Source: Octopus sinensis
Lineage: Eukaryota
Reading direction: 5' to 3'
DNA length: 25,844 bases
NCBI RefSeq assembly: GCF_006345805.1
Contig: NW_021835665.1
Span: 1 to 25,844, forward strand
Shown here: positions 23,304 through 25,844 of the stretch, piece by piece
Numbering within the stretch: the first letter of the stretch is position 1
How the letters are laid out: every line of letters begins with the position of its first letter
The notes under the pieces: generated by a model
Seen by the model: only the letters and a program-made list of their open reading frames with translations
What the model was told of the DNA's origin: nothing
Databases searched by the model: none
Program-made: the position numbers and the translations under genes

Positions 23304-23513
23304 ATTACGGAGATGTACTCGCATAGCAAGTAATTTGATCTGAGATCGTGTGCTGAAATGAAAACAATTGCAGCGTGGAAGGTGTTTATAAGCCATTTAA
23401 GAAACACACAAAATCCGTTCGATTCACTTCAACATTTAAGTTTAATTTGTCAAAATATTTTCGTCGCTAAAATCCGCGACCTGTTCACTGACAAAAATCC
23501 GCAGCACGGATTT
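23304..23513 (-). mobile_element. short interspersed repeat next to (TA)n, carrying a hammerhead-like fold; possibly Penelope-like-derived
   Basis: Recalled as a common octopus dispersed repeat (not verified; single copy in window, no TSD seen); contains the 23446-23495 fold and a terminal hairpin at 23495-23513. Confidence 0.45.
23446..23495 (-). ncRNA. candidate minimal type I hammerhead ribozyme (G3:C8 variant)
   Basis: RNA UUUGUCA-GUGAACA-G-GUCGC-GGAUUUUA-GCGAC-GAAA-AUAU-UU/UGACAAA: 7-bp stem I, 5-bp stem II, GAAA box, palindromic AAUAUU stem III, UH cleavage site. Confidence 0.55.
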
Positions 23514-23790
23514 CGAGCTGTAATCTTGGACTAGTCTAGATTGAAAAGTATTAATTTATAGAAAACGTTGTATTAACTTTTATTATGTTTGGAGGATTCT
23601 CATTTATTTTTAAGTTGTAAAATTGAATAATTTTATACATAAAATGCCAACCATTGGACATAATCTAATCAAAATAACCAATTAAAATTTGTCGTTTTCA
23701 ACAAAACAATGCTTGATATATTTTTGTACTCGCTAATATTTGCCTATCAAATGCTTATTAAATTAAATTATTTTCAGATATTTCATAAAA

Positions 23791-24869
23791 ATGGGTAGGA
23801 AAAGAAAATCGAAATGATAGTGCCAAAACATTCGGTGGCCAGCCTTCCTCTGTAGATAAAATCAGAGCCTCCTACCCTCCGCCAAGTTATTCGGTACAGT
23901 TATTTCCTCCAAAACAGCTACCCGGACTTGAAAGACTATCATATTGGTAAAATAATAGCAAAGGATGTGATTTGGAACTGGCAAGATCTGGATGAGGAAT
24001 ATTATGCGATGAAATTGGGGGGTAAAATGTGCTGCAGAAAAACACAAAAGATAAACCGCAAATCTCTTTCCACGGTCATGGAACGGAATATGGAGGAATA
24101 GCTGGATACAATTTTTGACATTTTTGCTTGAACCTGTAAGCTAATTGTTCGTCCTTGTGGTGACAATGCTGTGAAATTCTAGAGAGAAAATTGTCAAGCT
24201 CAGCACATAATATGCACGAGTCGTGCCAGTAAGAAGCTTGTAGCTAATCTTACCTAGCTTGTTTATTCGCCTTTTCAATAGAATAAAATCTCATTCATGT
24301 AACTGGAAAATATAAGCATTTTCCTCCTGTAATCTACTTTTCCCTTCTGATATAAAAAAATAAATAATTAATTTTTTCTTGATTTTATCTCTTATTTAAA
24401 TCTTCTGTTCAATATACTTTAATAATTCAGGCTCCACTAGAAAACAGGGAATGCTTAAGAGATCAGAAAGCCAAAATAGAACCCAGGGTCTCTGTCCAGC
24501 TCAGGTCTTTGGATAAAGCTGGCCAAATATATTGAACAACTCACGACTGAATTCTAAACTTCGTTGAAAATCACTAGACCGTAAGAAGCTTCATGGATTC
24601 TTGAAGGAGATCCGAAAATTTACTGCTTGTTTCTTGAATGATACCTGGGAGGAACAGCCTAAAAGAAGTGCGGCAACTTGTTGCAAAGATGGTAACATTA
24701 ATTGCAAAGAAAAAAGTGCATTAAGAATTTTCTGCTAGGTGGAAGCAGAAACCAACAAACTGAGAAATTAGAGAGTTTTAGCTAAGGTAGAAATATTGCT
24801 GATACAGATTCAACAACAGCAGGAAGTGGATTTTGTCACACTTGCCTCCACTTCCTCACAAGACATTTC
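23791..24869 (+). pseudogene. decayed, intron-containing DNA-transposon transposase-like gene (N-terminal part; hAT/hATm-like by recall)
   Basis: AG acceptor then aaaATGG (MGRKRKSK); frameshifted FGGQPS, then PTLRQVIRYSYFLQN...IIAKDVIWNW (81 open codons, 23856-24098), LDTIFDIFA*TC...NCQAQHIIC, putative intron ~24237-24430, APLENRECLRDQK; in-frame stops at 24099, 24129, 24180. Confidence 0.6.
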
Positions 24870-25335
24870 GGATCTTTTCGGTTTGAACGGCAGTTTTTAA
24901 CATAATATCCACGTAACTAACAAAATTTAAACTTCGTATACTGGTAGAATGTGTTTATAAAACATCTTTTCCTCTTGGCTTTATTGAGAAAATGTTATAG
25001 TTTGTAAGATATTTGTTTTTTTCTTCAATTTCTGCAATTTCAACCAATCACTGACCGTCTATTGAGGTGAAAACATTATGTGCCATATGAATATGTCCCT
25101 CGTTTAAGAAACAGATTGGCTTTCTTTACATTTCTGAATAAAAAAAGATACCCTTTCCCCACTCCTAACCCTAACCCTAACCCTAACTAAATCTAACTAA
25201 CCCCAACTAACCCTAACTCTAAGCCTAACACTAAATTAGATTGAAATGCAATAGATCGATACTAGGGTCATAATTATGGGTGACAATTTCATATGACACC
25301 GCTAGAAAAAAATGCCGTTCAAACCGAAAAGATCC
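24870..25335. mobile_element. MITE with ~29-bp TIRs, 8-bp TSD and internal telomere-like repeats
   Basis: ggatcttttcggtttgaacggca (24870-24892) is the exact reverse complement of 25313-25335; TSD gacatttc (24862-24869) / gatatttc (25336-25343). Confidence 0.92.
25164..25234. repeat. degenerate (CCCTAA)n telomere-like tract inside the MITE
   Basis: Three consecutive perfect CCCTAA (25169-25186), one more at 25211, and variants cctaa/ctaa/atctaa/ccccaa/ctctaa/gcctaa/cactaa. Confidence 0.85.
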
Positions 25336-25649
25336 GATATTTCCTTGGGATCCAACTCGGGAGAATCAGAAGAGGTAAATTTTTTGTTCCTACATCTGAA
25401 TACATTTTTAATCTAGCTTATCTCCATTTTTTGTCTGCGTTGGGGGAGTGGTGGATTGAAACCCTTAGGCGGTCTCCACAGACAAAAGCTTAAATATGTC
25501 GTGAGTGTGAAGACAAATGAGAGAAGGAAGATAGTAATGTTGTAAGTGGCTCTGCTGTGTACGTTGAGTACAGATCACCTCGTGCATGGGACAAGTCTCG
25601 GTGCACTGCCCGAGTTTCAAATTACTCTCTTTCTGCACCGAAATTTTTA

Positions 25650-25716
25650 TTTTGTGTCCGCTCTCGTTGGGGATCGAACCCTAAACCAAGGCGTAAAAAT
25701 CCAGCGCCTTATCCAG
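25650..25716 (-). mobile_element. tRNA-like SINE-head remnant
   Basis: Minus strand ctggataaggcgctgga...gggttcgatcccc: perfect B-box and D-loop-like tggata; anticodon stem does not pair, so not a tRNA gene. Confidence 0.35.
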
Positions 25717-25844
25717 TTTTTGACGTTTCAAGCCTAAGCTCTTTGACAGTGTTTGGAGGAAAATATATAAAATATAAAATTCAAAATTTAAATTATTTAA
25801 ATTTAAAGTTAAAATTTAAAATTTTTAAAAAAATTATTAATTTA

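Overview
AT-rich, repeat-dense eukaryotic non-coding DNA (intronic or intergenic). The repeat families and the heavy compound (TA)n/(CA)n/(CTAT)n load look like octopus (cephalopod) genomic DNA; this is my recognition, not a database result. I find no intact protein-coding gene. Almost all ORF-track entries are translations of microsatellites or SINEs. Contents: at least four tRNA-derived SINE families, working names A-D (three copies keep clear TSDs); two non-autonomous DNA-transposon (MITE) families, one carrying telomere-like (CCCTAA)n; a decayed, intron-containing transposase-like pseudogene interrupted by that MITE; and a ~500-bp tandem array with an inverted block. Top candidate: a minus-strand minimal type I hammerhead-ribozyme fold at 23446-23495. 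It has perfect stems I and II, a palindromic stem III, a compensatory G3:C8 swap of the conserved C3-G8 pair and an extra G after A9. A cluster of three perfect POU octamers (16196-16372) is a candidate enhancer. Identities are by-eye estimates, and family names come from recall and need database confirmation.
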